Source: Myxococcota bacterium (GTDB lineage Bacteria > Myxococcota_A > Polyangia > Polyangiales > Sandaracinaceae). Taken from it: DNA of 62,848 bases. This document shows positions 39,808 to 49,216 of the stretch, in pieces (within the stretch, counting starts at the first letter, position 1; each line of letters begins with the position of its first letter). The notes below the pieces were generated by a model. The model ran no database searches and had not been told where the DNA came from. It saw only the letters and a list, made by a program, of their open reading frames with translations. Made by a program: the position numbers and the translations under genes. The DNA is taken from the NCBI GenBank assembly GCA_036149055.1, contig JAYZQJ010000198.1, forward strand, positions 1 to 62,848, written 5' to 3'.

Positions 39808-41460
39808 TCAGAGGGTCGCGAGCCAGCGATCGAGGAGCGCGCGCTGGGCGGCGCTCAGGGGCCGTCCCGGAGGCATGGGCCGCGTGGCGTCCGGCGCGGT
39901 GCGGCCGGCGACGACCGCGCGGCCCCCCTCGGGGCGGAGCCAGCCCTCGCGGGCGATCGCGCGGAGCGCGCCGGTGGCGTCGGCGCCGATGAAGTCGTGG
40001 CAGGGCTCGCACCGCGGCTGGAGCACCTCGGCGTGCAGGCGCCCGAAGAGCGGGCTCGCCTCGAGCGTCTCGGGCGCGGCCTCGATCGCCTGCGCCTCGC
40101 CGCGATGGGCCGCCCAGCGATCCGGCGCGAGGCGGAGCACGGTGCCGTTGGTGTCCTCCACCAGCCAGACGCTCCCGTCCCGGGCCTCGGCGAGCCCGAC
40201 CGGCGCGCCGCGGGGACCCAGGTCGCCCGCGTCCCAGCCCGCGATCACGTCGGACGGCGCGGCGTCGGGCGGCGGCACTCCGTCGTCGCCGGCCGGGAGC
40301 GCGATCACCCGGTGTCCCGCGCTCCGGTAGCCGTGCAGCGAGATGAGGAGCTGCCCGCGGAGGCCGAGCGCGTCGCCGGTCACGTACAGCATGTCGAGCG
40401 GCGCGCCGTGGGGCGGCAGCAGGAGATGCGGCGGCGTGTAGGCCGGGTTGTCCGCGCACGTGAACGAGGAGTGCGCCCACGCGGGGTCGCGCTCGTGACG
40501 GTCCCAGCAGTACGGCCACCCGTAGTGGGCCCCGTCGCGCAGCACGTTGAGCTCCTCGTGCGGGCGGCTGTCCTCGCGGAAGTCGACCCCGTTCTCCGCC
40601 TGGAGCAGCGCGCCCGACGGATGCGCGGCCAGCGCGACCGAGTTCCGGAGCCCGCGGGCGAAGACCTCGGGCTCGCGCGACCAGGAGCGCTCGCCGGTGC
40701 GGCGGAAGCGCCACACCGCGCCGGTGTCCCGGGCTTCGTCGACGCAGCGATCGGAGGGCAGCGCCTCGAGGCAGCGATCGGTCCCCGAGCCCATGTTCAC
40801 CACGAGGTCGCCGCGGGCGGAGAAGACGAAGCTCGTCAGCGGGTGGAACCGCACCGGGCGATCGGGCAGCTCGATCGGCAGGTCGTCGATCACCGTCTCC
40901 CACGAGCCCTCCGGGTCGCGCGGGTCGAAGCGGCAGATGCGCTGGACCTCGCCCACGTAGATCCAGCCGTCCGGTCCGACGCGGCCCCCGTGCGGGCGGT
41001 CGAGCCGGCTCCGGATGCGCTCGGGGAGCCAGCCGTCCTCGCCGCGGGTGAGCCGCCAGAGCCGACCGGCCCGGCTGCGGCGCGCGCCGTGGTCGACCAC
41101 CCAGACGACGTCGTCGCGCTCCGGATCGATCACCACCGAGCGCGGCCGGAAGCGCCCCCGGGCCTCGGCGATGGCCGGGGTCTCCGCGTGGGCCACGATG
41201 CCCACGCAGGTCCCGGAGGCGGTGTCGAGCGCGAGCGCGGGGTGACCGTCGCAGTCCCGCCCGACGTCGGCCCGATAGGGCCCGCGCGCCTCGATCCGAG
41301 AGGGCGGCGGCGGCGGCTCCGGGGTCGGCGTCGGCGCCTCGATCGGCGTCGGCGTCGGCGGCTCCTCGGGGGCGACCGGGGACGGCGGAGGAGGAGGGGC
41401 GGCGGGCGCGTCTTCGCCGCACGCGCAGAGCAGCGCCGCGAGGAGCGCCAGCCGCATCAT
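39808..41460 (-). CDS. Glucose/sorbosone dehydrogenase-like beta-propeller lipoprotein with C-terminal c-type cytochrome
   Basis: Lipobox LCAC; FARGLRNS, EELN..GAHYGWPYC, PHGAPLDM; CEPCH..MPPG. Confidence 0.85.
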   Translation of the reverse strand: MMRLALLAALLCACGEDAPAAPPPPPSPVAPEEPPTPTPIEAPTPTPEPPPPPSRIEARGPYRADVGRDCDGHPALALDTASGTCVGIVAHAETPAIAEARGRFRPRSVVIDPERDDVVWVVDHGARRSRAGRLWRLTRGEDGWLPERIRSRLDRPHGGRVGPDGWIYVGEVQRICRFDPRDPEGSWETVIDDLPIELPDRPVRFHPLTSFVFSARGDLVVNMGSGTDRCLEALPSDRCVDEARDTGAVWRFRRTGERSWSREPEVFARGLRNSVALAAHPSGALLQAENGVDFREDSRPHEELNVLRDGAHYGWPYCWDRHERDPAWAHSSFTCADNPAYTPPHLLLPPHGAPLDMLYVTGDALGLRGQLLISLHGYRSAGHRVIALPAGDDGVPPPDAAPSDVIAGWDAGDLGPRGAPVGLAEARDGSVWLVEDTNGTVLRLAPDRWAAHRGEAQAIEAAPETLEASPLFGRLHAEVLQPRCEPCHDFIGADATGALRAIAREGWLRPEGGRAVVAGRTAPDATRPMPPGRPLSAAQRALLDRWLATL

Positions 41461-41476
41461 CAGAAGCCGTGCCTCC

Positions 41477-42160
41477 TCAGAAGACGTAGCGGATGTAAGC
41501 GCTGCCGTGCACGCCGAGCGCAGGCGACTCGCCGCCGGCGCCTTCGAGCGAGGGGTAGTGTCGCACCCCGCCGAGCAGGCCGATCGAGTGGTGCCGGGAG
41601 CGGAGGTGCCAGTCCAGGCCGAGCTCGCCGCCGTAGGCGATGCCGATGGTGCTGGCGTCCTGGAAGCCGTAGATGCCGAGGATGTCGGTGGTGGCCACCA
41701 TCAAGGCGAACTGACCGCTCAGCCAGATGGCGAACGCCTCGGTGAAGTTGGCCTGGAAGCGGAGCGAGGCGCTGCCCCCGACCAGCTCGAACGCGGTCTG
41801 GGCCGGCGGCGGGGGCGCGTTGGTGTTGTGCATGGACCCCTCGGCCGAGACCAGCACCATCATCCAGTCGAAGATCTCGTAGCCGGCCGAGATGACCGCC
41901 CAGGGGCCGACGCCGACCAGGTCGCCGATGCCGCCGATGAAGCCGATGGCGCCGATCTGGGCCTCGAGGAAGAAGCCGTGGGCGTACATGTCCCGGGTGA
42001 TCGGGATGGCCTCGGGCGGCAGCCGCTCCACGTCGAGCCGGGTCGCGTCCGGCTCCTCCGTGGCGATCTGCCCCTCGTCGCTCTCCTGCGCCAGCGCCGG
42101 CGCCGTCCAGGCGAGGAGCAGGGACAGCGTCAGCAGCCGCAGGGCATGGGACCCGAGCAC
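41477..42160 (-). CDS. Small outer-membrane beta-barrel-like protein
   Basis: Signal peptide; alternating strands; C-terminal IRYVF. Confidence 0.7.
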   Translation of the reverse strand: MLGSHALRLLTLSLLLAWTAPALAQESDEGQIATEEPDATRLDVERLPPEAIPITRDMYAHGFFLEAQIGAIGFIGGIGDLVGVGPWAVISAGYEIFDWMMVLVSAEGSMHNTNAPPPPAQTAFELVGGSASLRFQANFTEAFAIWLSGQFALMVATTDILGIYGFQDASTIGIAYGGELGLDWHLRSRHHSIGLLGGVRHYPSLEGAGGESPALGVHGSAYIRYVF

Positions 42161-42289
42161 GGGGCGAGCCTATCGGGGCCCGCGAGCCGGCGTCAATCGC
42201 TCCGCCAACGCATCGGAATCCATGGGGGATCTCGGCTTCGTGAATAGCCGGGCCGGGGGACCGGTCCGAATTCGCGAAGGAGACGACGC

Positions 42290-42976
42290 ATGAAGAAGAC
42301 GACGACGACCCTGGCCGCCCTGACGGCCGTCGCCATCGCCCTCGGGGCTGCGCCGGAAGACGGTGAGGCCCAGGCCGGGACCTCCGCGGCTCAGGTCGCG
42401 GCGCAGGTCCAGGGCTTCTACGACCAGACCCGCACCGTGCAGACCGCCTTCTATCAGTCGCACTACGACCGCATCTATCGGCGCACCACCCGCTCGCGCG
42501 GCGTCCTGACGATCTCCCGCCCCGGCAAGCTCCGCTTCGACTACCTCGGCGGCAACGGCAAGGTCGTCGTCAGCGACGGCGCCCTCATGACCGTGTACGA
42601 GCCGGGCGACGACGGGGCGGCGGGCCAGTACGCCCAGGCGCCGGTCCGCGAGGAGGGCATCCCCTCGGCGCTCGCGTTCCTCACCGGGGACGCGCGGCTC
42701 GATCGCGACTTCACCTTCCGGCTCCGCGACGCCTCGGACTTCCGCTGGGAGGGCCACGTGCTCGAGCTGCGCCCGCGTCGGGACGAGCCGGCCTACCGCC
42801 GCGTCTTCCTCTACGTCGACGATGACCCGTCGACCGCGGGCGTGGTGCGCCGGGTGCTCATCCAGGACCACGACGGCAACCTCAACCGGTTCGACTTCCA
42901 GCGCATGCGGTTCAACCGGTCGGTCGCCGAGAGCCGCTTCGCCTTCACCCCGCCGCAGGGCGCTCGCCGGATCTGA
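42290..42976 (+). CDS. lolA: Outer-membrane lipoprotein carrier LolA
   Basis: SD AAGGAG; G.LTISRPGKLRFDY..VVSDG, FAFTPPQGA. Confidence 0.85.
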   Translation: MKKTTTTLAALTAVAIALGAAPEDGEAQAGTSAAQVAAQVQGFYDQTRTVQTAFYQSHYDRIYRRTTRSRGVLTISRPGKLRFDYLGGNGKVVVSDGALMTVYEPGDDGAAGQYAQAPVREEGIPSALAFLTGDARLDRDFTFRLRDASDFRWEGHVLELRPRRDEPAYRRVFLYVDDDPSTAGVVRRVLIQDHDGNLNRFDFQRMRFNRSVAESRFAFTPPQGARRI

Positions 42977-43017
42977 GCGACTTTCTCGGCCTCGCCCTGC
43001 AACGAACGAGCTCCTCC

Positions 43018-43043
43018 ACCCCACCTCGTGCACGAGGTGGGGT
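43018..43043. promoter_or_regulatory. Perfect 26-bp palindrome ACCCCACCTCGTG|CACGAGGTGGGGT (terminator, operator or REP-like)
   Basis: 13+13 exact inverted repeat, 41 bp after the lolA stop; function unknown. Confidence 0.55.
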
Positions 43044-43171
43044 ATTCTCGTTGCGCCGCTGAGCCGTGGCGCGGTCCTCGCGACTCCTCCCCACCGGGCG
43101 TCGCGAACGGGATGGAGAGAGCCCGTCGAGACCCGCCGCGCGCGGCACGCTGAATGCAGGGGGAGATGGAC

Positions 43172-44923
43172 ATGCGTACGATCATGGGAGTGAGCCTCGG
43201 CCTGGCGCTGATGCTCGGGTGTGACGGTGGCAACGACGGCAACGTGCCCTCGGCCGGCCCTCCGCCGATCTCGGGGGGGACCCTGCACGTGACCTCCGAC
43301 GGGCGCTACGCCGTGGTCTCGGACCCGGCGCGCGCGTCCATCTTCGTGGCCGACATCGAGGCCGGGCGGGAGCTGCATCGCCTGAATCTGTCGGCCGAAG
43401 ACGAGCCGGGCCGCATCACCGAGGACGACGCCGGGCGGGTCTTCGTGGTGCTCCGCCGGGCCGGGCAGGTGGTCACCCTCGACCCCGCGACCGGGGCCAT
43501 CACCGAGCGCCGCGACGTCTGTCGAGCGCCCCGCGGCATCGACGTGAACGAGGCCGGGGAGCTGCTCGTGGCCTGCGCCGAGGGCCAGCTGGTGCGCATG
43601 CCCGCGACGGGCAGCGGGGTGCACACCGTGAAGCTTCCGCCCGATCTGCGTGACGTCGTGGCACGGAGTGGCAGGTACACGTACGTCTCGCGGCTCCGCA
43701 CCGCCGAGGTGCTGGTGCTCGATGGGGACGCGGTGGTCGCCACCATGCGCCCCGCCTCGATCAGCGCCGAGGAGGACCGCCTGGGTCGCACCCTCGAGCC
43801 GACCGTCGGCTGGCGCATGCGCGCGGCGCCGGGCGGCGTGATGCTCGTGCACCAGAACTCGGTGTCCTCGCAGCTCGGCGTGCTCGGCGGCTCGAGCGGC
43901 GTCTACTACGGCGGCGACTGCGACCTCGGCGTCGTGCGCCCGGTGGTCACGCGCTTCTCGGTCCCCGACTCGGACCCGAGCCTCTACCAGGCGAGCGCGG
44001 TCGCCATCCAGGGCGCCAGCCTCGTGGTCGACGGAGCGTTCGACGTGGCCAGCGGGCAGCTGTACGTCGCCGCGGCCGCCGAGCCCGGGCCGAGCTCCCT
44101 CGGCTTCGGCCGCTTCCTCGGCTTCTCCGGGGTGCGCGTCGTGACGCCCACCATGTCGACCATCCCGACCTGCCGCGCGGGCACCGATCCCCTCGAGGTC
44201 GAGGACCGGCCGGCGACCGCGGTGGCTCCGATCCCCGGCGGCGGCATGGTCGCGCAGTACCGCGACCCCGCGGTCCTCGTGGTGAACCGTCGCGCCGGCG
44301 ACCAGACCGAGATCGCGCTCTCCGGCGGCCCGGTGCACCACTTCGGGCACGCGCTCTTCCACGAGGCGGCCGGCACCGGCGCGACCTGCGCGGGCTGCCA
44401 CCCCGAGGGCGCGGAGGACGGCCACACCTGGCTCTTCGAGTCGGGCACCCGGCGCTCCCAGACCCTCACCGGCGGCATCCTCGAGACCGCGCCGTTCCAC
44501 TGGGACGGCCAGGTCGGCGGCGCCACCTCGGTCATGGAGGGCACCTTCGTCGGCCGCATGGGCGGCGACATGCCCCGCGAGGCCGAGATCCGCTCCTTCG
44601 AGGCGTGGATCGACGCCATCCCGGCGCTGCCCGGCGAGGTCCTCTCGGACACCGCGGCGGTCGAGCGTGGCGGCCAGCTCTTCGAGAGCGAGGGCTGCAC
44701 GAGCTGCCACTCGGGCCCGCGCCGCACCAACAACGAGACCCTGAGCGTCGACGGCCGCGGCCGCTTCCAGGTCCCCGGGCTCTACGAGCTCAGCTACCGT
44801 CCGACCTACTTCCACGACGGGTCGGCGGCGACCCTCGACGAGGCGGTCGCCGGGCACGCGGGCGGCGCGGCGCTGGACGAGACCGACCGAGCGGACCTGG
44901 TCTCGTACCTCCGCACGCTCTGA
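43172..44923 (+). CDS. Lipoprotein: YncE-like beta-propeller plus di-haem cytochrome c (peroxidase/MauG-like) domain
   Basis: Lipobox MLGC; CAGCH and CTSCH; APFHWDG; PTYFHDGSAATL. Confidence 0.85.
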   Translation: MRTIMGVSLGLALMLGCDGGNDGNVPSAGPPPISGGTLHVTSDGRYAVVSDPARASIFVADIEAGRELHRLNLSAEDEPGRITEDDAGRVFVVLRRAGQVVTLDPATGAITERRDVCRAPRGIDVNEAGELLVACAEGQLVRMPATGSGVHTVKLPPDLRDVVARSGRYTYVSRLRTAEVLVLDGDAVVATMRPASISAEEDRLGRTLEPTVGWRMRAAPGGVMLVHQNSVSSQLGVLGGSSGVYYGGDCDLGVVRPVVTRFSVPDSDPSLYQASAVAIQGASLVVDGAFDVASGQLYVAAAAEPGPSSLGFGRFLGFSGVRVVTPTMSTIPTCRAGTDPLEVEDRPATAVAPIPGGGMVAQYRDPAVLVVNRRAGDQTEIALSGGPVHHFGHALFHEAAGTGATCAGCHPEGAEDGHTWLFESGTRRSQTLTGGILETAPFHWDGQVGGATSVMEGTFVGRMGGDMPREAEIRSFEAWIDAIPALPGEVLSDTAAVERGGQLFESEGCTSCHSGPRRTNNETLSVDGRGRFQVPGLYELSYRPTYFHDGSAATLDEAVAGHAGGAALDETDRADLVSYLRTL

Positions 44924-44930
44924 CCTGACG

Positions 44931-45848
44931 ATGCGATCCATCCTCCGCACGACCGGGTGGGCGCTGCCGTGCCTCTGGCTGGCGCTCCCCGCCCGGGCTC
45001 AGGAGCCTCCCGAGCCCCCGCCCCAGCTCGAGGTCGAGGTCGAGGTCGAGGCCGAGGCGTCGGTCGAGGCCGCGGCCCCCGCCGAGGGGGAGGCGCCGGT
45101 CGAGGCCGAGCTCGAGGCACCGGTCGCGCCCGAGCTCGAGGCGCCGGTCGACGAGCTCGACGGGGACGCGCCTCCGCCCGCCGCCAACGACGACGGCTTC
45201 GAGAGCGCCTTCGACGACGAGTTCGCGGAGCTCGACGGCTACCTCGGGGTGCAGCGCGGGGTCTGGGTCCTGGACGACGGCGGCGGAGACGCGCCGTGGC
45301 AGGACTACGACCCGCCGCACAGCTACCAGGGCCGCTCGCTCGTCCGGTTCGGAGCCCAGCTCCGGGTGGCCGCGCTCCCCGGGGGCAAGCCCCCCGTGCC
45401 CGAGGGCCCCCTCGGCGAGCTCGGCTTCGTCCTCGACGCGCGCTACTCGGCGTTCAGCGCCTGGCACTTCCGGGCCGTGCTCGCCGTCAGCGCGCAGACG
45501 GTGGGCCGCGCCTACATGGGCGGCGGAGAGGTCGCGATCAGCAGCCCCTTCGCGATGCGGCTCCGGCTGATGCCGATCGCCTTCGACATCGGTCAGTACG
45601 TCGCGCTCCGGACCGGCCCCGAGATCGGGATGCAGTGGGCCGAGAACGCGGGCGCGGGGGGCACCTTCGAGGTGCTCCTCGGCCACATCGGCGAGATCGT
45701 CGTGCGGCTGCTCGACGAGCGGCTCGAGGTCGGCGTGCACTTCGGGGTGCAGCTCACCGCTCTCGGCCGGGTGACGCGCACCAACTTCGGGCGCGAGCTC
45801 GTGCCCCAGGGCGTGGTGGGAGGGAGCGTCGCGTGGCTGTTCGACTGA
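44931..45848 (+). CDS. Hypothetical exported protein, acidic linker plus beta-barrel-like C-terminus
   Basis: Signal peptide ..ARA-Q; ends VAWLFD. Confidence 0.7.
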   Translation: MRSILRTTGWALPCLWLALPARAQEPPEPPPQLEVEVEVEAEASVEAAAPAEGEAPVEAELEAPVAPELEAPVDELDGDAPPPAANDDGFESAFDDEFAELDGYLGVQRGVWVLDDGGGDAPWQDYDPPHSYQGRSLVRFGAQLRVAALPGGKPPVPEGPLGELGFVLDARYSAFSAWHFRAVLAVSAQTVGRAYMGGGEVAISSPFAMRLRLMPIAFDIGQYVALRTGPEIGMQWAENAGAGGTFEVLLGHIGEIVVRLLDERLEVGVHFGVQLTALGRVTRTNFGRELVPQGVVGGSVAWLFD

Positions 45849-46564
45849 TCCTCGCGCTCGTCGCCTCCGCGCTCGCCTCGGGCTGCCTGCCGCCGCGCCG
45901 CGTCGGGCACTTCGCGGAGAACGGCTTCTATCACACCCGCGATCACTACCGGGTGCGCTACGTCGAGGGTGGCCAGCGTCTGCTCGGCCCGGACTGGGCG
46001 CTCGAGAACTTCGAGGCCGACGACGACGGCCGCCCCCTCCACGCGAGCGGCGACCCGCGCTGGTACGAGGGCCACGACCTCCAGACCTTCGGCGTGCGGC
46101 GGGGCCGCCTGGTCACCACCGAGCGCTGGGATCTGCGCTTCACCCACGCCGACACCGGCCACGTCATCTTCGCGCGCTCGATCCCGCTCCGACCGGTGTG
46201 GGCCGGCTACGACCTGCCCTCCCTGCTGCGTCTCTCGGTGCACGCCATCCAGGCGCGCTACGAGGGCGCGCCCGACCTGTTGGGCACCGGGGCGACCGAG
46301 CCCTCCTTCGTCCGCGTCATCACCGAAGGCGACGCTCGGGTCGACGGTCAGCGGGCGCGCTTCGTCACCTTCGACCAGCAGGTCGGGGCCGCCACGCGAC
46401 GCGTGACCGTCGTGGCGCTCCGGCCCGGGCGGGCCACCTGGAACGTGCGCCGCTGGCGGCTCCCGATGATGGTCGTCTTCGGCTTCGTCAGCGGCACCGA
46501 AGATCACCGCGGGCCACGCGCCGACTTCGAGAGCCTCGTGAGCCGGGTCGACCTCCGGCTGTGA
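45833..46564 (+). CDS. Hypothetical lipoprotein
   Basis: VAVRLILALVASALASGC lipobox; C-terminal part of the 44957 ORF. Confidence 0.7.
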   Translation: MAVRLILALVASALASGCLPPRRVGHFAENGFYHTRDHYRVRYVEGGQRLLGPDWALENFEADDDGRPLHASGDPRWYEGHDLQTFGVRRGRLVTTERWDLRFTHADTGHVIFARSIPLRPVWAGYDLPSLLRLSVHAIQARYEGAPDLLGTGATEPSFVRVITEGDARVDGQRARFVTFDQQVGAATRRVTVVALRPGRATWNVRRWRLPMMVVFGFVSGTEDHRGPRADFESLVSRVDLRL

Positions 46565-46567
46565 TTC

Positions 46568-46800
46568 GTAGGGCAGGGGCGGGTCTGCGCGGGTCTGCCC
46601 CCGCCCCCCGCTGCGGCGGCACGACGATGTTCGCTCCGGCTGCGCCTCCGCAGACATCGCTGCGCCTCCTCCGCGGGGCCCCCCACCCACTCCGCGCGCG
46701 TCGCTCCGCTCGCGCGCGACCCAGCGACGGGGCGCTGGGGGCCCTGCGGCTCGCGCTCGCTGGCCGCCCGATGCCACGGGAGCGGGCCCGGAGATTGGCG
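46568..46800. repeat. Interspersed structured repeat between convergent genes (same family as ~119-210)
   Basis: Begins GTAGGGCAGGGGC..; 46724-46748 is the exact reverse complement of 154-178, with similar flanks. Confidence 0.65.
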
Positions 46801-46872
46801 GGCGACCTCGTGGGCTCGTCGCCGGCCGGGCCAGTCGACGTGGAGGCATGGGCGTCGATCTCTGCCGCGGGC

Positions 46873-47682
46873 TCAGGGCGTCATCATCATCATGGCGGCG
46901 GCCGCGTCGGCGGGGCCGAAGAGCGCGGGCTGGGGCGCCTCCCAGGGCTCGTCGTCGCCCTGGACCAGCACGCCGCGCCGGTCGCGCACGCGGAGCGTGA
47001 ACTCGAGCAGCACGGGGACGGGCGCCTCGCTCCGGATGCCGACCCGCAGCCCGCTCAGCGCGGGGATCGCGTCGGGGATGTACATCTGCGAGCGCCGGTC
47101 GTTGGCCGACTGGTTCTCGAAGTAGACGATCTGGTTCGGGTTGGGGGCCATGTTGACCACCGAGGCGAGGTCGACGGCGATCTCGTCGATCTCCTCCTCG
47201 CGGATGGTCCCGCTGATCCGCTCGCCGGGCGCGAGCCGGTAGGTGCGCTCCCACTGGCTGAAGTCGATCTGGAGCTCGTCGTCCACCACCTGCACGCCCG
47301 GGTTGTACTCGTGGAACTCGTTGATCCCGTTGAGGACCACCCCCGCGGTCACCCGGCTGTCGGGCGAGAGGTTCGACAGCGTGAAGTCGACCTGGATCTC
47401 GAGATCCCCGCGCCGCAGCCACGGGAGCTGCGCGTAAGGGATCTGCATGTCGCCCACGTCCCCCAGCGCGGCCAGCTCCTCGTCGGTCGGCTGCCGGAAG
47501 TCGATGAGCACACGCTCCTCGAGCAGATACAGGTTGCCGTCCTCGGACTCGAAGAACGGCGGCGTGCTCTCGTCGATCGCCATCGCGAAGATGCCCCCGC
47601 CTTCCGGCGTGATGTACCGCTGCTCCTCCAGACACCCGGTGAGGAACAGCGCAATCGAGAGAAACGAGAGGGTCGCGCGCAT
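46873..47682 (-). CDS. Hypothetical lipoprotein
   Basis: SD GGAG; MRATLSFLSIALFLTGC; the longer ORF-track start lies inside the repeat arm. Confidence 0.8.
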   Translation of the reverse strand: MRATLSFLSIALFLTGCLEEQRYITPEGGGIFAMAIDESTPPFFESEDGNLYLLEERVLIDFRQPTDEELAALGDVGDMQIPYAQLPWLRRGDLEIQVDFTLSNLSPDSRVTAGVVLNGINEFHEYNPGVQVVDDELQIDFSQWERTYRLAPGERISGTIREEEIDEIAVDLASVVNMAPNPNQIVYFENQSANDRRSQMYIPDAIPALSGLRVGIRSEAPVPVLLEFTLRVRDRRGVLVQGDDEPWEAPQPALFGPADAAAAMMMMTP

Positions 47683-47801
47683 CGTCTCCAACCTCCGCGC
47701 AATCATCGTACCGCACCCGGAGCGGCCCTTCAGAGCTCCGAACGGGGGCGGCCGCCCCCGAGCTCGCCCCCGCGCTGGGGGCTCGATCCCCCGGAGGGGG
47801 G

Positions 47802-48089
47802 CATCTCTGCCGAATCGAGTCGCCTCCGCGGCGGCGGGGCCCCTCGGGCATCTCTGCCGAATCGAGCGGACCCGGCGAGGGATCTCTGCCGAATCGAGCA
47901 GTCCTCGTCGGAGCTCACCCGCGGGCCCGAGCAGAACCCCGGCCAGCGCCATCGCCCACGGCGTCTGCGATGACTCGGGGGGGGATCTCTGCCGAATCGA
48001 GCGGGCCCGGCGAGCGATCTCGGCCGAATCGAGCGCGCGGCGAACTCTGCCGATTCGAGCCCGGCCCTCGGCTCGAATCGGCAGAGCTC
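47802..48089. repeat. Left REP-like array: six forward and one reverse copy of (G)ATCTCTGCCGAATCGAG
   Basis: Forward at 47803, 47850, 47882, 47985, 48017, 48043; reverse at 48072. Confidence 0.92.
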
Positions 48090-48173
48090 GCGTGGCTGTA
48101 GCGAGATGGTTTGGTTGCTCACTTTTCTTGTGATTTGCGTCAGTCGGGTGGCCTCGCCAGCGTCCGTGCGTGC

Positions 48174-48875
48174 ATGCGAGGCAAGAGGCAGGTCCCGCTC
48201 GTGTTCGTCTCCCACGGCGGCGCGCGTCCGGGGGCGGGGCGCAAGCCCAAGGGCGAGAAGGCGGGGGTACCCCACACGGCGCGGGAGCGGTTTCAGGCGC
48301 GGCACCCGGTCTTCGTCACTTTGAAGGTGAAGCGCGGCATCTGGAGTCTCCGCGGGCGGCGGATGGCGACCCGGCTGTGGGAGATCATTCGCAAGGCGAA
48401 CGCGCGGGGAGGCGCTCGCATCGTGCACTTCTCCTTTCAGCGCGATCACATCCACCTCGTCGTCGAGGCGGAGGACGCGGAGATGCTCGCGCGCGGGATG
48501 CAGGGCCTGTGCGTCCGGATCGCGCGCATGGTCAACCGGGTCATGGGACGCAAAGGCACCGTCTTCGCCGACCGCTACCACTGCCGCGTGCTGCGCTCGC
48601 CGCGCCTCGTCCGGAACGCCATCGCCTACACGCTGGGGAACGCGAGGCGTCATGGGCTCGCGCCGGAGGCCGCCGACTGGGTCGACCCGCTGAGCAACGG
48701 CCCGTTCTTCGATGGCTGGACGCGCGCCGTCCGGACCACCATGGCGATGCTCCCGTCTCGCGCGTCGCCGGCGGAGCCGCCCCAGACCTGGTTGCTCTCC
48801 GTCGGCTGGCGTCGCGCAGGCGGCCGGATCGATCCCGCGCGTCGCCCCGGCCCGCCCGTGCGGCAGGCGGCCTGA
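48174..48875 (+). CDS. REP-associated tyrosine transposase (RAYT; Y1/IS200-like HUH)
   Basis: HPVFVTLK, VHFSFQRDHIHLVVEA (HUH), GTVFADRYH, AIAYTLGN (candidate catalytic Tyr); N-terminal HGGARPGAGRKP. Confidence 0.88.
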   Translation: MRGKRQVPLVFVSHGGARPGAGRKPKGEKAGVPHTARERFQARHPVFVTLKVKRGIWSLRGRRMATRLWEIIRKANARGGARIVHFSFQRDHIHLVVEAEDAEMLARGMQGLCVRIARMVNRVMGRKGTVFADRYHCRVLRSPRLVRNAIAYTLGNARRHGLAPEAADWVDPLSNGPFFDGWTRAVRTTMAMLPSRASPAEPPQTWLLSVGWRRAGGRIDPARRPGPPVRQAA

Positions 48876-49216
48876 GCCTCCCCGGTCAGAAGGGCCAGGC
48901 CAGGGGCGGGGGAGGACCCCACTCGGAGGGTGACCTGACGCGCGATCGAACGAGCCGGAGCCCACCCGTGGCTGGAGCTCGAGGCCGGCCTCGCGCCTGC
49001 TCCCGTTCTCGCAGCACCCAACGTCGCGGCGGCGCGCTCGGATCCACTCGACGCGCGTTCGGCGGCTCGCCGCTCGGCGCACGAGCACACGGCGAATGGC
49101 GGAGAGGGCGCAGCGCAGAGGCGCATGGGGCGCTGCGCGAAACGAGTCTCACCGACGAGGGAGCGCCGCGCAGGGCTCGGGCCCGCCCGGTTCTCTGCCT
49201 TAGCATGTCCCGCGGC

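Noticed and set aside
47683..47952. N-terminal extension of the 46873 ORF, and DSAEI/SIRQRS/LCRIE peptide repeats in nearby ORFs
   Set aside because: Translations of the DNA repeat in several frames, not protein repeats
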